Shown here: one piece after another, positions 23,156 through 24,193 of the stretch
Layout: each line of letters starts with the position of its first letter
Numbering within the stretch: the stretch's first letter is position 1
Source: Candidatus Micrarchaeota archaeon
GTDB lineage: Archaea; Micrarchaeota; Micrarchaeia; Micrarchaeales; Micrarchaeaceae
DNA length: 24,193 nt
NCBI GenBank assembly: GCA_021812205.1
Contig: JAKAOJ010000001.1
Span: 1 to 24,193, forward strand
Reading direction: 5' to 3'
Made by a program: the position numbers and the translations under genes
The notes under the pieces: model-generated
What the model was told of the DNA's origin: nothing
The model's input: the letters and a program-made list of their open reading frames with translations, nothing else
Database searches by the model: none

Positions 23156-23838
23156 CAAATTATCTTTACTACGGCCCTTCCCTGGGTCGCATTGTTTATC
23201 TTCTGGTAAAAATCATTCTGGAGGCCTGCCGGAAACTCGACCACTGCCTGCAGCGATCCGTCGCCCAGCCACTGCTCCGACTTCAGCCCAAACTGCTTGA
23301 GCGTGCCGTAGCACCTGTTCGACACGTCTGCCGGTATCGTCACCTCCATCTTCACGTTCGCGAACTTTATGGGGAGGATAGGCCTTATCTTGTCCACCAC
23401 GCCCTCGACCTGCTCAGCCGCGCTCTTGAACGGGTCTATGGATATGCGTGCCTCTTTCATCGCGTTCTCTATCCTGAGCGCAGGCGTAGGCGCATTGGTC
23501 CTTGGGTCTATTGCGTTCATGGCTATGGTCTCGACTATCTGCTTGCGCTTCTCCTCTGCCAGCCTCTGCCGCTGCTCAGTGGTTATCGGCACATTGCCCT
23601 TCTTTAGTATGTGCTCCACCACGGTTGCGAGGTCGGTAGTGCCAAAGGCCTTCTTAATGTGCTCTTCGCTCTGCCGTTCTCCTTTGTTTGCATCCTTGAA
23701 GATTTCCTCGACTTCCAGGACCTTCATCGGGTCCTTAATCTTCCCAATGACATAGTCGTATGCCAGGTCAGCGTTGACGAATATCTCGAATTCATCCTTG
23801 TTGGCCGAGTATTTCGCGATGACTGTCTTCGATGCCAT
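23155..23838 (-). CDS. Ribosome maturation factor SBDS/Sdo1
   Basis: FEIFV, IFKDANKG, AFGTTD, AIDPRTNAP and RIENAM. SD GGGTGAT before ATG 23838. Confidence 0.95.
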   Translation of the reverse strand: MASKTVIAKYSANKDEFEIFVNADLAYDYVIGKIKDPMKVLEVEEIFKDANKGERQSEEHIKKAFGTTDLATVVEHILKKGNVPITTEQRQRLAEEKRKQIVETIAMNAIDPRTNAPTPALRIENAMKEARISIDPFKSAAEQVEGVVDKIRPILPIKFANVKMEVTIPADVSNRCYGTLKQFGLKSEQWLGDGSLQAVVEFPAGLQNDFYQKINNATQGRAVVKII

Positions 23839-23881
23839 AAGAATCACCCGCAGGGAACAGCCGCTGCAGGCATTTGGAGGC

Positions 23882-24193
23882 TCAGAGGTAGCCCGATATC
23901 TCCTTAGGTGTAAAAGTCGTGTAACCCTTTTCCTTGGTTATCACCGATATGTCGAGGTTTTCGGGCAAGAGCTTCTTCTCATTGACCTTTTTGATTATCC
24001 CGACGCCGAGGTTCACTACATCCTCGACGCTCATGTCGTCCTTGTACTCCTTGACCAGCACATCCGCAGCGACGTGCCTTCCAGAGCCTATCGCGTCGGC
24101 CTTGTAGCCGGAGAACGATGCTCCAGGCTCGACTTCGAAGAGCCGCTTCTCTGTATCTACGCCGCCTATGAGCAGCGATATGGCGTAGGGGCG
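23882..24193 (-). CDS. psmA: Proteasome alpha subunit, 5'-truncated by the window edge
   Basis: Manual translation RPYAISLLIGGVD...LFEVEPGASFSGYKADAIGSG...ISGYL*. Expected position upstream of SBDS. Confidence 0.9.
   Translation of the reverse strand, partial: RPYAISLLIGGVDTEKRLFEVEPGASFSGYKADAIGSGRHVAADVLVKEYKDDMSVEDVVNLGVGIIKKVNEKKLLPENLDISVITKEKGYTTFTPKEISGYL

Noticed and set aside
23843-23871. GC hairpin (CCTGCAG/CTGCGGG, minus strand) between psmA and SBDS touching the SD
   Set aside because: A 7-bp stem with wobbles and a large loop is expected by chance at this GC content, and there is no other support.
1-24193. CRISPR arrays, IS elements, integrases, defence systems, rRNA
   Set aside because: I saw no regularly spaced repeats, terminal inverted repeats, or transposase/recombinase motifs. 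Almost all sequence is accounted for by housekeeping genes.

Overview
Archaeal chromosomal window, almost entirely housekeeping and gene-dense. The gene content suggests a DPANN lineage, most likely Ca. Micrarchaeota (inference from the class III-signal-peptide LamG protein, DUF929, DUF763, exosome genes and complex I-like subunits). In order: end of a complex I-like operon (nuoM partial, nuoN); LamG pilin-like protein; geranylgeranyl reductase; a stand-alone single-repeat ('half') TATA-binding protein with no canonical start codon; GT4 glycosyltransferase; SRP54; an unannotated 21-aa Lys/Ser peptide gene with its own promoter and terminator; DRG GTPase; wHTH-like protein; intron-containing tRNA-Arg(UCU); TatD; an apparent DUF929/CxC membrane protein/V4R/secY operon; eL41; surface glycoprotein; DUF763; CysRS; a hypothetical protein; thioredoxin; a box C/D sRNA whose D guide matches tRNA-Leu(CAA) C34, directly upstream of a divergent histone, a Zn-ribbon protein and a PRC-barrel protein; and the conserved psmA-SBDS-rrp4-rrp41-rrp42-rpl37Ae-(insert)-rpoP superoperon. 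No CRISPR array, integrase or transposase is visible. The strongest candidates for novelty are the half-TBP, the C/D sRNA-histone unit and the tiny basic peptide. The ORF track misses the last two, as well as eL41, rpoP and psmA. All family assignments come from motif recognition by eye, and no searches were run.
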